Part shown: positions 27,044-44,375 of the stretch, piece by piece | Position numbering within the stretch: the stretch's first letter is position 1 | Layout: the number at the start of each line of letters is the position of its first letter | Source: the human T2T-CHM13v2.0 reference genome, Homo sapiens | NCBI RefSeq assembly: GCF_009914755.1 | Contig: NC_060925.1 | Direction: 5' to 3' (one strand) | DNA: 64,000 nt | The notes under the pieces: generated by a model | The model's database searches: none | The model's input: only the letters and a program-made list of their open reading frames with translations | Told to the model about the DNA's origin: nothing | Translations under genes and position numbers: made by a program

Positions 27044-28592
27044 TAGGCAATTTAAACATATTTTAATTGAACTTGTATATAATTTATAAGATTTTAAAGT
27101 AGATATTTAGCAGGGATGAGGAGATTATATGTGAATTAAATACATTTTTCAGTCAAGTGTTTGCAATTTGCTAGCACTTTCCTTCTAACCTTGCAATAGT
27201 TAGTTAAATTTATAGTAATTCTTTTAGATTGGATTTCCCTTGAGGCTCGACCTGATTTCCTGTCTTTTATCACTGCTTTTTGTAACCTTCCTGCCAAATC
27301 ATAAACCTTGGCTTTCATGGTTTACATTATTTTGTAAATGTAGGGAACTCACATTTCACATTTCCCCAGCTATTGACGACCTCATCTAATATTTTATTTA
27401 GAATAACAGAATCATCTGGTATGGTTTCTCTCTGCTAGGTCATTTCTGTCAACATATGGACATGATTTAGAATCTTACCCTCCTAAACTGCCCTCCTTCT
27501 TCCACCTGCTCCATCATTTCTTTGTTCCCCCTTACAGCCAGACTTCTCAAAAATTATCTGCATACATTGTTTTCATTCCACACCTCTCTTTCACTAAATA
27601 CCTATTGCGGCTGTTCTTCTCTATGCTAAACTGGAAACTATAGAGTCAATCATTACTCTAGGCATCATTTAACACAATTGACGTGAACCCTTGTCTTGAC
27701 TTCTGTCCTGCCACACCCTCCTTGTTTTCTTCTTCCCTCATTTGGCCTTTCATTTTCAGTGTCTTTGCTAGCTCTTCCACTTCTATCTGACCCCTAAATA
27801 TTGGAGTTCCTCGTGCTTGCTCTTAGGTTTCTCTGTATTCTTAGTGTCCTCCATTTCCACATGATCTAAAGTAATGATTCCCAAAAGTATATAGTTAATC
27901 TCAGACCTTTTATCTTAACTACAGGTTTGTGTATATCCACCTGCCTATTTAACATTTCCACTTGGTGCCTGATAAATATCTCAAACCTAAAAGACAAAAC
28001 TAAACCTTAACATACCAAAAAAAAAAAAAAAAACACCACAACAAATGTTCTTATCCACCCGTCTCTGCAAATGGCCCATCTACACACTTGTTTGGGCCAG
28101 AAACCTAGAAATCATCCTCATTTTCTCTATTTCTCTCCTAAACCACATTAATCACTAAGTCCTAGCCATTTTGGCTCTAAAGTATATCTAGAAGTTCATC
28201 CATGTCTTTCTGTCTTCTCTGCCACTACCTCAGATGAAGCCTAGACTACGACTGTAGCCTGCTTCTTCCTTCTCCCCTTAATTCTGTCTTTACACAGCAG
28301 CCAGAATGATCTTTAAAATATAAAATATATATGTATATAACTTAAATTGGGTCATTAGTTCCACCACTTAAAATCTTTCAGTGGTTTCCCTATGTACTTT
28401 GAAAAAAAAATTCAACCTTCTCATGCCTATCTTCCCACCTCCCTCACTGTGCTCCATTTCTTTAGTTTATCAAATTTGTCTCAAGAGCTTTCTTACCTCA
28501 GGGCCACTGCCCAGACTGTTTCCCCATTCAGGAAGACCTCTCCCAGTCATTGCTTGCTGACGCTTCATCTTCTGATCTGAGCAAGAGTGAAA

Positions 28593-28880
<288 letters not shown>

Positions 28881-30215
28881 AGTGACATTGCTTGAAAGAT
28901 GTCTTCTCTGAATTAAATTAGATTCTCCTATTTTTTTTTATTGTCATAGCATCTTTAGATTTCTTTCAAAGCCCTTATCGTATTCTGTCATTATAAGTTA
29001 CCTTGTTATTATCTGTATTGTCCACTAGATAGTAAACTCCATGAGGACAGAAATTCTGTAAATTTTATTCACTATTGCATCACTAATGTCTATAATCCCT
29101 AACAGCAAATAACAGTGCCAACTAAATACTGAATGAATGAATAAGCCTGTTTGTTTCAGCCTTCTGTGTATTATAGAAGACAAGAAAATGAGATGGCCTC
29201 TATAAAGAATGCTTGCATACATTCTTGTACCCTAAATATGATCATTTCTTTTTCTATACTTTTAACTGTCTCCCTCTACCACTTTTTCTTTTTCTGTGCT
29301 TAAAAAAGTACATGCTAAAAATGCCTTCATCTGATCTTACAATGCAGTCAGGCAAATTGTCTTCAGGCTCAGCTTCCATTGTGTTATATTTTCCTTCCTT
29401 CTGTTTTGTTTCTTCCTTTCCACTTAAATTGCTGTCTTAAAAATTACCAGTTAATTATTCTTTGCCTAAGTAAAAGCCTTCCCTCAGTTGTTATTCTCTT
29501 TGACTTCCATGCTAATAACTCTTCCTTCAAAATTCCTTTCTTATTTGGCTCTCTAACTTGGCTTCTTCCAAGCTCAGTTTTCTTTTCTCGCTATTAATTT
29601 TCATGTCTGTAGGTATCACTTCTCTGCAAGTACTCTCACTGACTTCTCACTTGTCTTCTCACTTAAGGCTTAGTCCCTTGTCTAGATATCTCTATCAAAA
29701 TGATGAGGTCTGGTTTTAGATGCTTCTTTTACTGGCTTCTCTACTCATTTTTTGGTATCTCTATTGTTTTCTTACTCAGGCTCAAAATCATAGAAATCAC
29801 CTTTGTCCTATTTTCCTCTTTTATGAAGCAGTGTAACATAGTGATTAAGAACATATATCTGGAGCAAAATGCCTGGGTTCAAATCCTGGCTCATTGATCT
29901 ATTAGTTTAGTGACCTTGATTTATTTATTACTGTTACCATCTTATCTGCTAAGTCTTATTAATCTTTTCCCTTTTTTCTCATTCTGCTGCTTCCCCAGTC
30001 ACAACTATAATTACCTCGTTTGAATTATTATAGTAACTTCAAAACTGGTGCCATTTTTGTTTTAAAAGAAAACTTTAACACGAGAACACAAGTCACTTGT
30101 GTTTATATTATGTGATGATGATTTAAGTCAGTTTTCTAGCAATATGTATGCATTGCTAAAATTGCGGTTTTTAAAATTAGGCATAAAGTTTCAGTCCCTC
30201 TGACCTTTCTTCTAA

Positions 30216-30353
<138 letters not shown>

Positions 30354-30425
30354 TGAATTTTTATTAGCTAAATATTTAATTGCAAACAATATTTGTAACT
30401 CATTTCATTTGTAACTTTGTTTTAG

Positions 30426-30569
<144 letters not shown>

Positions 30570-30609
30570 TAAGTATGAAGAGTTACTAGAAAATATTTAT
30601 CCTATTTCT

Positions 30610-30870
30610 TTTAAAAAACAATTTTATTGTCTATATTTAAGGTATTGAACATGATGTTATATATAGTACAAAAGTTACTATTGTGAAGCAAATATTTATC
30701 TCAGTTACCCATCTTATTTTTGTTTTTACGGCAAGAGCAGCTAAAATTTACTCATTTAGTATGAATCTCATATACAGTACAGTTTTATTACCTGTAATCT
30801 TCAGAGTGTGCATTAGGTCTAGATTTATTTATCCTACATATCTGCTACTTTGTATCCTCTGACTTATATC
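30610..30870 (-). mobile_element. L1MA9-like 3' end fragment, 40 nt from the exon 6 donor
   Basis: GGCAAGAGCAGCTAAAATTTACTCATTTAG and TCCTACATATCTGCTACTTTGTATCCT blocks. Confidence 0.75.
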
Positions 30871-31673
30871 TCTTAGATATAATATAACATACTGCAATAG
30901 CCATGCACAGATTATTTCTGTTTCAGTTTCTTTGTGATTGGAAAGGGAAATTTGGTGATGAAGAAGATAAAATTGTATTAGTGGAATAATGTACATTATT
31001 AGATGTACTATGGTTCAGTGGAAATAGCATGAACTAACAGAGTCTAATAATTTTTGACCTTAGACATGTCTCTTATCTCTGGACTTCATTTTTCTTTTCT
31101 AGTAAGTGAGGGGATTGGACCACATGATAGCCAATTTCCTGTTTTAACACAAAAGTTTTATTTTTATGTATACTTTTTAATGCTGATTATAATTATAGAG
31201 AAATTATAAGCTAAAAATAACATAAATACCTCTATATAATGGATCATATTAAACATAATAATATTATAACTTCTTTTTTGAGCTTTTATATGCCTGACTT
31301 TTTAATTTTCTTTAATTGGATCAGATTTTAAAACCATGATTTTAATTTTTTTAAGCTTTCTTAACTAGAAATTATCTGCTATGATGCCATCTCTGCCACC
31401 ATCAGAGAACAACGGACTGTGTTTATGTTATGTATTCCTCTTCTGCCTTATTAACACAGACCACTGGAAAAAGAAAATTTGATTGTGGGACAACTCTTAA
31501 TTTTCAATCCTGGTTAGCTGTTAAATTCTTACTTTGTCTGGAAAACTTATTTTTTTTTCTTTTTTCCAGAATGTTATAAATTCCTAATTGATCCCAAAAA
31601 GAATTACAGTTTTTATGAGGATGGTTTGAGAGTATTACAATGTTACTAAGCTTTAATTGCTACAGATAAGTAA

Positions 31674-32030
<357 letters not shown>

Positions 32031-32586
32031 TAGTACTTATAATTTAAAAAACTTTTTTTTGCATTTGTTATATGTATTCATTTGATTAAATTTTCACTAA
32101 GATTTGTACTGAATCATTTTGGTTACTATTTTAAAACTAAAATTTACTTTGTCAGTTTATAACATCTGTCATTAACTATTATGAAATCATATTTTATGAC
32201 AAAAATGGAAAATATTAAATTTTCCCTGCATGTTAAAAAGTTCAGATTAATTATCCTTTTTAAAAGAAAGCATTAGTTATAGGGGAGGAATTCTGAAGTG
32301 TCTATCTCCATTTTAGCTGCACAGCAAAATGTAACATCCATGCAGGTGGTTTTTGAATTTTTTTTTAGTTATATATATTTGTGGACTATGATAACATTGT
32401 ATGGGTGTTGAGTTCTGTCTAGACTATTTTCTCCTTTCACAGAAGTGGTTTGGTGCCTGAGAATGACTTGGATGCAGCTGTTTTTGTTTCATCTCACTTA
32501 ACTCTTTCAAAACTATGGCAGAGTACAGCTGGCAGAAAGTGTTACAGATATAATCCTTATTTTCCTTGTTTTTGTTGGTATTGTAG

Positions 32587-32682
32587 GAGGGATCTGTAGG
32601 CCTTTCTGTCCAGCGCTCTGTTTTTGGAGAAAGAAATTTCAATATACACAGCTCCATTTCACATGAGAGCCCTGCAGTGAAA
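32587..32682 (+). CDS. CDC7: CDC7 exon 8: EGSVGLSVQRSVFGERNFNIHSSISHESPAVK (kinase insert 2)
   Basis: Acceptor TTGTAG, donor AAA|GTAAGT. 96 nt symmetric exon, required for the 574-aa total. Confidence 0.92.
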
Positions 32683-33433
32683 GTAAGTAATGTAGCTTAA
32701 TAGCATAATGGTCAGTCAGTCATACACTGAAGAGAATTTAGGTAATAACTAGATTAACATTTATTATCAGAAATTTTTTTAAACTAGAGTTTGGCTTTGG
32801 CAGAAGGTATTACTGCTTTAAGCATTTAGTCAAAACTTGTTTTCTCCAGTTTTTTTCTGAACTTTTCTGGTGGAATTTTTTCTCATTTTTGGTTAGCTAT
32901 TACTGTCTTTCTCTAGAGGAACATTTAGAACATTAAGGGCTTTCTGTCATTGCTAGAGTGTGAGCTCCATACAGTTAGCTAACTATTCTGACACATAGTT
33001 GATAGTGTAAAGATGTTTGTAAAGTTAACAAAATCATCATCAATGTAGATGATTTCAGATTGACTTATGATATCTTGTGACAGCTAGACAGCATGAGCAA
33101 CAAATTAAAACTGTGATTTTAGCCAACGTACTTGTGCAGTTTACAGTTCTGAAATGGAGTTAGACACTAGAACATAACTGTTTTATACTTCTGTAATATA
33201 TCAGGAAAAGTTCTAATAAAGTATAACTCAAATATTGGCCAAGCTAGGACTAATTAGTAAATTTTAATATAAGGTGACTTTACAGAAAAACCCAAGAAGA
33301 CCTTAAACATTTTAATAGACAACAGTTTATTTACAGTCCAATAGCCATTCAGCAGTTTTTAAAATTATGCTTCCGCTATTGCTTTTTGCCATACTAGCAT
33401 TTTAGGACATCATGTTTAATATCATGAAAATAG

Positions 33434-33637
<204 letters not shown>

Positions 33638-34406
33638 TAATGTGTTTTGATGGTGTTATAAAATCACCAGCATGCTGCCATTAGAAATTGCATTGACTTG
33701 GGTGGATAATTTTGTGAGTGCAAGGGATCAATTCAGATCAGTGAACTGCAATGGGCCTTGATGCAGAGCAGTAGTATGTTGAAGAGCAAATGATAACAGT
33801 TTTCATATATTATTTATTTAATATGGATATACTCTGGAAAACACATTTGCTCTTATATGCAAATAAGTGGGACGGGGTGGCTTTTAGAAGCTTAGAATCA
33901 CACATTTTGATTGCTGATGTAGTCTTTTCTGTTTTCTCTTTTTATTCCCGCTTATGTGGAGTAACCAGAACCAAATAGTAGAGCTCCTCTTTTACTCCCA
34001 CCTCCAACTCTTTGACTCATAAATTTCTTCCTTTCCTTCAAGGCTTGGCTTTCATAAAGCCTTTCTTGATTAACTCAAATATATAAGTGTATCTGTGATC
34101 AATTACTCCAAACAAATGAATTTTTATACCTGTGAATTGCTATTGGGTTCTATTTTTTCTATTATGGCTCTTATTATCCACTACTGCTTTTTATTCTTGG
34201 AGGTTATTTTAAACCTTTCTGGAGTAAGTCCGGGGAACTAGTAGAGGGGGTAAAAAACAGAAGAAGAAAAATCTAGGATTTTTATCACACTAGATTATCA
34301 TTTACTTTATAGTAACACTTATTATATAGGTATCAAGGCAAAATTTACTGTGAACTAAATTGATGAATGTTATTTTTTAGACTTACATAGTTCAACTTTA
34401 ACATAA

Positions 34407-34541
<135 letters not shown>

Positions 34542-35421
34542 TAGTTAAAATGGATTGTTCCAGACGTATTTTATTTTATGATCTTTGTCTATTTATAACT
34601 AATATTTGAGTTCTTCTGCTTTTAATTATGTAAGCAGTTCTTGCAGTGTGGCATTCCTATTTTTGAGCTAATGCTATTCTTTATGAAAGTTTTTAATCCT
34701 AATGTTGCCTCTCTTTTTTTGTTTAAACAGTTTATTCCATAGATTACATTTTGCGTATTTATTTACAAGATGATCTTACCATCTTGTAAATAAATACGCA
34801 AAATGTAATCTGTGGAATTTTGCTGACATCACCTTTGTGGGGGAAAAAATTATGTTTAATAGTTTTTGCCAGCCAAAGACTTAAAGCATTTTATTTGCTT
34901 GCTTAATACCTCAAAAGTTTCCTGTGATGTAGATATATTTGTGTTTGATTAAAATTATTTTTGTTATTATATAAACAATATAATAGCAGTTAGAAGGTTT
35001 TGAAAAAGAAAAATGTCTTCCGTAATCTAAAAACTTACCATGGAGCTGGAATCCAGGAAACATCTTGAATGAATAGATGAATCCTGCTATTCACTTGGAT
35101 TATGGGCTTTGAAGAAATGTATTCATTCATTGAATGTCTGTTCTTGCTTGCTAATGATAACAAATAAATAAATGAAACCATCTGTTCACACTCTAGTCAG
35201 GACACCATCAAATAATTATAAAATAACCTGTTGAGTATGGTAATAAAACTTATTCAGGGTATTTAAGGAGTATCTAACTATCCTAACCCAAAGAGATTAT
35301 GAAAGGCAATTCATGAAAGAAATGACCTCTTAGAATGTAAATTGGGCTGAGAAGTTAGCATAGAGGCATGAGCCAAGGAACTCAAGAAACAGCATACAGG
35401 AAACTAAAAAAGTTTCATTTT

Positions 35422-35711
35422 GGCCAGACGCGGTGGCTCATGCCTGTAATCCCAGCACTTTCGGAGGCTGAGATGGGCGGATCACCTGAGATCAGGAGTT
35501 TGAAACCAGCCTGACCAACATGGTGAAACCCCATCTCTACTAAAAATACAAAAATCAGCTGGGTGTGGTGGTGCGCACCTGTAATCCCAGCTACTCAGGA
35601 GGCTGAGGCAAGAGAATCACTTGAACGCAGGAGGCAGAAGTTGCAGTGAGCCAAGATCGCACCATTGCCCTCCAACCTGGGCGACAGCAAGACTTCATCT
35701 CAAAAAAAAAA
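35422..35711 (+). mobile_element. Alu (AluS-like), intron 10
   Basis: Full dimer. Confidence 0.95.
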
Positions 35712-36455
35712 GTCCAATTTTGCTAGAATATTAAGATGCAAGTTGAGGAATGGTGAGAGATAAACCTGGAATGAGGTAGACAAGGTCAGACCACAGTTGT
35801 TACAGTTTGGACTATATACTGTAGATATTGGAAAGTTAAGTGAAAAAAGTGACAATGGTATATCCTAGATGGATCATTCTGGCAGGCGTGCAAACAGATT
35901 AGCTTTTGGAGAGTGGTGGCATGAATTTGTCCGGGTGAGAGGATGAAAATGTGAATGAGGGTATTGGTAATAGGAATGAAAAGAAAAGTGAAGGGTTAGA
36001 AAGGCAGAGCTTGGTGGATAATTGGATGTAGAATTAGGGTGTGGTATGGTGAGGGAAAAAGGCATTCAGGATGTTTACCAGATTCCTAGCTTGGGAGACT
36101 TGGATGTGTACCAGTAACCAAGGTGGAGAGTAAAGGAGAAGTAACTGGTTTATAGGGGAAGGTAAGGTTAGTTTGGGGTATAATTGGTTTGAGGTATTTG
36201 TGGGACATCCAAATAGAGATTTCCAGCAGAATCAAAGTTAAGTCTGATGCTCAGCGAAGGAGCTGGGCTAGAAATACAGATGAATGTCATCATTATATAA
36301 ATGACAGTTGAAGCCATGAAGTGGATGGACCAATCAGGGAGAGTATACAGAGGGAGAAGTTAAAACTCTGAGGAATATCCGTCAGCACTTAAGGCTTGGA
36401 GAAAACATTGAAGGAGCAGGCAGAGGTACCAAAGGAGCTAAGAAAGGCAAGTAGG

Positions 36456-36758
36456 GCCGGGCACAGTGGCTCATGCCTATAATACCAGCACTTTGGGAGG
36501 CCAAGGCAGGCAGATCACTAGGTCAGGAGTTCGAGATCAGCCTGGCCAATATGGCGAAATCCCGTCTCTACTAAAAAGTACAAAAAATTAGCAGGGCATG
36601 GTGGCACACACCTGTAGTTCCAGCTACTGGGGAGGCTGAGGCAGGAGAATTGAACCCGGGAGGCAGAGGTTACAGTGAGCCAAGATCGCACCATTGCACT
36701 CCAGCCTGAGCAACAGAGTGAGACTCAGTCTCAAAAAAAAAAAAAAAAAAAAAAAAAA
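36456..36758 (+). mobile_element. Alu (AluS-like), intron 10
   Basis: Full dimer with long A-tail. Confidence 0.95.
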
Positions 36759-36927
36759 GGTGATACAGTAGCCCAAGGAACAGAGAGCAGATAACCTGGT
36801 GATACTAGGAAGTCAACAATTAAGAGAGATGTCAACTTTAAGAAAAAAAAAAAAGAGCTTTTTAACATCAAGTTGAGCTAGTCGTAATCTTTAACTACCA
36901 GAATTCAGAAGATTAAAGTTTCTATAG

Positions 36928-38282
<1,355 letters not shown>

Positions 38283-38535
38283 AAAGTTTCTATAGCAGTA
38301 GTTGGTGCTAGTGTCAGCTGAAGAAGAGCTTCTAATGTTCATTACTTTTCACTAAAATGAAAGCACTTTGACCAGTATGGTATGTAATTCTCAAGGATCA
38401 TTCAGATTTTTTCCCACATAGCTATTTTTGGATTCCTTTTGATCCTATAAAATGTGCGTTTACTTAGTGTTTCCTAGTGATTAAATATCCTTTTAAATTT
38501 ACCAACACGTTGCTCAAGAAAGAAAACATATTTTG

Positions 38536-38712
38536 CAGTGAGGATTCTCAGTCCTGGTTGTACATTAAAATCACCTGAGGAACTTTTTTAAAACATTGAT
38601 GCCTGAGCCCTACTTCAGAACTGTTCAATCAAAATCTTTGGGTCTGGGCATCTGAAATTTTTAAGGCTCCCAAGGTGATTCTAATGCATAATAAATGTTG
38701 AGGACTATTGAT
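38536..38712. mobile_element. MER5A-like hAT-Charlie MITE just upstream of exon 11
   Basis: CATTAAAATCACCTGAGGAACTTTT...GGTGATTCTAATGCA palindromic MER5 structure. Confidence 0.75.
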
Positions 38713-38750
38713 TTAGATGATAAAATTATAGATTTGAAATTTATTTTTAA

Positions 38751-38993
<243 letters not shown>

Positions 38994-40525
38994 TGAAATT
39001 TTCTTTACAAATAAACATTCAGTCTTGATAAAGTTCTCTAATATTAAGTAGAAAATTCTTCAGTTGCTTGAAAATAAATTTATCACCTCTCTATACATAT
39101 AATCATTTAATCTTATTAAGCACAAAGTAATACACTGTTGCAGTATTTAAAGTTTACCTTTATAATTTTATAAGAATAAGGAGTAAAATCTTAACTCCTT
39201 TTAGTTATGGTTTGACTTTTATTACATAAATTTACCTTTTATTAAAGGCATGTTTTACTTTGTAATATGTTTTACTTTTTTATTGTCTTTTAAACATCAG
39301 ATGCACTATGTCTTGGTACTTAGAGTGTCCTTGCCTTAAATGATCTTAGGCTATACTAACAAGTAAACAGTTAATTATTAATACAGTGTAATAAGGACTA
39401 GGGAAGAGAATGGAAATGTGTGTTGTCAGGTTGTGTAGGTTTACGGTAGCAGAGAAGCAGAATGCATAGAAGGCCTTAACTGATGGGATATTATTGTAAG
39501 CATATATTGGACTTGGATGTCATCTCCTTAGCCACGCAAGTTCTTCAAGACTGGGATGTGCAGTGTACTTCATAGGGCACATAAGAATTATCTCAGCCTT
39601 GCTCTGGCCAACAATCTGAACTCAAGTGCCCATTTAATGTTTATTTTCCACGCTCAGTTATAGTTAATACTTTCCAAGGAATAAGTGGGATTGACTCAGC
39701 TTACTACCATACAATACAGAACACCTCAGGAGACAAAGTTTCAGCCAGCCTACCTCAAGAGTAGCTGGGCTGTCTTGTGCTCAACCCCAGGGTCAGTGGG
39801 TCTTAACCAGAGTTGCATGTCAGAATTATCTGAGAATCTTTAAGAAATACATATGCCTGCCCACTCAGCCTATTCTTGGAAAATATGATTCAGAAAAACA
39901 AGATACTTAGGAAGGCTCCAGCCTTGTTAGTTTGAAAAAGCAAGTGATTCTGACTAAGAAACTATGGGTGTTTAAGAACCACTGCAAAAATTACTGCCCT
40001 TGCTTATGCACTAGTGCTATAGTCTAATCTACAAGAAAAACTTAGTGGTGGTTGTGAAGAAAGCCTCATCTTAATAGAGGCTTGCCAAAATATGTTTCTA
40101 CAGTAAAGTCAGTCCACGATTTGTAACTATCTTGTACTTATTCTAAGAAAATTTTATTTGAAGATAATAGGATGAAATAATACAAGGGAAAAAAAGTGAC
40201 CATGAGTGGAAAGCAAGATTGATATCTTAGAAATGGCATTCTTACATAATAATATAACAAGTATGTTTATTCTCAACTGAGAAAACTTTCATCTACTATT
40301 GAATAACTTCGTGAGAGGTTTATGAACATGAAGTTTATCAGCCAATACCAACATATTTTATTGAAGAGCTTGAATCTCCCCCATTGTAATCCAAGTTATA
40401 ATCAGGGCCAACAATGGAAATACAACATCTGACCCAAAAATACTCTAGATCAAGTGCCATGATAGCAAGCAAGAGCTTTTAGAGATTTATCATTGTAATA
40501 CTTCTCATATTAAAAAAAAAAATAG

Positions 40526-40843
<318 letters not shown>

Positions 40844-42535
40844 TCAGTTGTATTAGTATGACATCTGTAGTTATTTTAGTCTTGATCTTACTATAACTTT
40901 GGACTGAGTATAAAAGCCTCAAAATTTCAACAAACACAACTGTGTTCCCCTTTGTAACCTAAAGAAATGACTTGGCTGAGATTAGCAGTGAGAGCACCTT
41001 TACTTCTCTTATCTGTCCTCAACCCTTAAACCTGGCTCCATTGTGGGTTGTCATTAAGTACTCAGTGAATTGTGTTGAATAAATTAAAAAGAGAAGTCTT
41101 GAGCTGAAACAAATTCCTGACACATAGTAGTCTGTAATAAAATATGTTGACTGATAGTGTTACTTGAAGTTATTTTTCCTGAATATTGTAAATGAACCCT
41201 CTTTTTGGTCATATAAAAAAAAGCATATTGTATAACTTGGGGACATGCTATAACATATACTATTAGTTATTTTATGACTTCAGAACAAGCTAATAAAGGA
41301 ATAAAACTATATGAATATTCCCCCCTGGCTATAATTTTCTAGAGAGAATAGGAATGATAGAATCAGTTTAAAAGTAAAAAAGCATTGGCATATTGTACTC
41401 TCAAAGAATTTGGTCTTCAGTAATTGTTTGTTTCCTCCCTTTCCCTCCCCCATTTTTTTCCCTGGCTTAGTACACCAGTCCAGTAGTTAGTTCAGAATAT
41501 GTAAAGGTAACTTTTTATCATCCACAGTCAGATTAATGACTTTGTTGACAATCTACATTCTCAGAAAGGCATCTAAATGTTGTGGTACTTGTTGTTTCGT
41601 ACATTTAGTATATTTCTGTTTAATAAGGAAATGTAAGGCAAAAATAATACATGATTGCCATTTGTGTGATTAACTTTTTTTTGCACATCTGATAATAAAC
41701 CCATCAGGAAGTTATTTCAAATACATTTATATTTTTAAAAACAGATCTAGTTTGTTTATTTGTTCATTCAGAAACATTTATTGGGGCTTTATGTGTGCCA
41801 AGTACTATTGCGAGTCTCTGCTTTCACAGAGCTTAAATTCTAGTGAGGGAGAGAACATAAATAAATACTATGAGAAATGAGTGGTACTGAGATAAAAGGA
41901 AAAGGGGAGGGAAGAGGCTTATTTAGGATAGGTTGGTCAAGAACAGCATCTCTAAGGATGTATGTGTCATTTGAACAGTTGTTGAAAAGAATAATGCCTT
42001 TTTGTCTAGTCCAACAGACATTAACTGACTACCTAATCTGTACCAGGCATAGGCTGGGTTTGGGGGGTTCAAAGATAAATAAGACAGTTCCTGCCTTCAA
42101 AGAGCTCAGTCTACTAGGTGGGACAGACATATATAGGATAGCAAAAGTAATAGTAGAACTCTCAAGATACAGTAGAAACTGAAATTGATCAGTTCTCTCT
42201 GAGGGTGTCAAGCCTCAGAGGTGATTCTTGATCTGAGTGGTGATGTCAGTGAGAGTGTCCTGGGCACACAAGGGGTGCAGGGCATCCTAGGCAAAGACAG
42301 GAGTCATGTAGTCAAAGACATAGAAGCATGGAAAGGAAGTAGAGTGGGGGCGTGGGAGCTGCAGCTAGTTAAAGATTATAGAAGGGTAAGATGAAGCTTG
42401 AGAAATTGGCAGAGTCAAGTGAGTGCCTGGCATAGCTTAGTAAGTCACTGCTTTGTACTTACTATCTCCCACTTTATCTCCCACTATGCAATTCAAATAC
42501 AACTTAAATATAGCATGTGGTGCTCTATCTCATAC

Positions 42536-42560
42536 TGTGTGTGTGTGTGTGTGTGTGTGT
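42536..42560. repeat. (TG)n microsatellite about 115 nt upstream of the last CDC7 acceptor
   Basis: Directly visible. Confidence 0.95.
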
Positions 42561-42617
42561 CCATGTCTATAAAGCATATGTTTGAACTTTCATGTTTCTC
42601 ATGAGAGAGGCTTCTGA

Positions 42618-43070
<453 letters not shown>

Positions 43071-44369
43071 TAATGGATCTTCATTTAATGTTTACTGTTA
43101 TGAGGTAGAATAAAAAAGAATACTTTGTAATAGCCACAAGTTCTTGTTTAGAGACCAGAGCAGGATTAATAATTTATTTTAACATTTTAGTGTTTGGTGG
43201 CACATTCTAAAATATAGATTAAGAATACTTAAAATGCCTGGGATAGTTCTTGGGACTAACAACATGATCTTCTTTGAGTTAAACCTACCTAAGTAGATTT
43301 TAGGTGGGTTCCTATTAGGTCAGATTTTTAGCTTCCCTAATTACCTTTCACTGACATATACAGAAAAAGGAGCAGTTTTAGTTTTAATTAATTAAAATTA
43401 ACAGATGTGATGAGGATTAAATGAATCAAAAGACTTAATTTGTAGATTCTTTTAGAGTTATGAGCTAGGTATAGTTTGGGGAAACTCAACCTGGTGCTGG
43501 TGCTCTTAACAATTTTGTAAATGAAGATAATTTCCTTTTCTAGAGGTACATATTAGGCCTTTTATGAACACTAAAACAATGAGGAAATGTTGGTCATGGG
43601 GCAAAGTATCACTTAAAATTGAATTCATCCATTTTTAAAAAACACTTCATGAAAGCATTCTGGTGTGAATTGCCATTTTTTTCTTACTGGCTTCTCAATT
43701 TTCTTCCTTCTCTGCCCCTACCTAAAACATTCTCCTCGGAAATTACATGGTGCTGACCACAAAGTTTCTGGATGTTTTATTAAATATTGTACGTGTTTAC
43801 AGTTGGGAATTTAAAATAATACATACACTGGTTGATAAAGGGAAGCTGCAGGACCAAGGTGAAGATTGATAGTCCAAATGCTTTTCTTTTTTGAGTTGTA
43901 TATTTTTTCACACCATCTTAGATATAATTAGGTAGCTGCTGAAAGGAAAAGTGAATACAGAATTGACGGTATTATTGGAGATTTTTCCTCTGCGTAGAGC
44001 CATCCAGATCTCTGTATCCTGTTTTGACTAAGTCTTAGGTGGGTTGGGAAGACAGATAATGAAGTAGGCAAAGAGAAAAGGACCCAAGATAGAGGTTTAT
44101 ATTCAGAAATGGTATATATCAATGACAGCATATCAAACTTCCTATGGGAAAAAGTCTGGTGGGTGGTCAGCTGACAGATTTCCCATTTAGTAGTCATAGA
44201 ATACAGAAATAGTTTAGGGACATGTATTCATTTTGTTATTTTGAGCATTGATAGGTCAGTATATCTACCTAATCTGTTTGGTAAGTATAGGATATATAAA
44301 CCATTACCATTGATCTGTCTTATGCCATAATCTTAAAAAAAAATTGAATGCTCTTGAATTTGTATATTC

Positions 44370-44375
44370 AATAAA
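44370..44375 (+). terminator. CDC7: Distal CDC7 polyadenylation signal AATAAA (3'UTR ~43071-44395)
   Basis: AATAAA with upstream TGTA (44361) and U-rich downstream sequence. Confidence 0.75.

Noticed and set aside
43511-43535. Possible small indel in the CDC7 3'UTR relative to the reference mRNA as I remember it
   Set aside because: It rests on unreliable recall and cannot be supported without an alignment.
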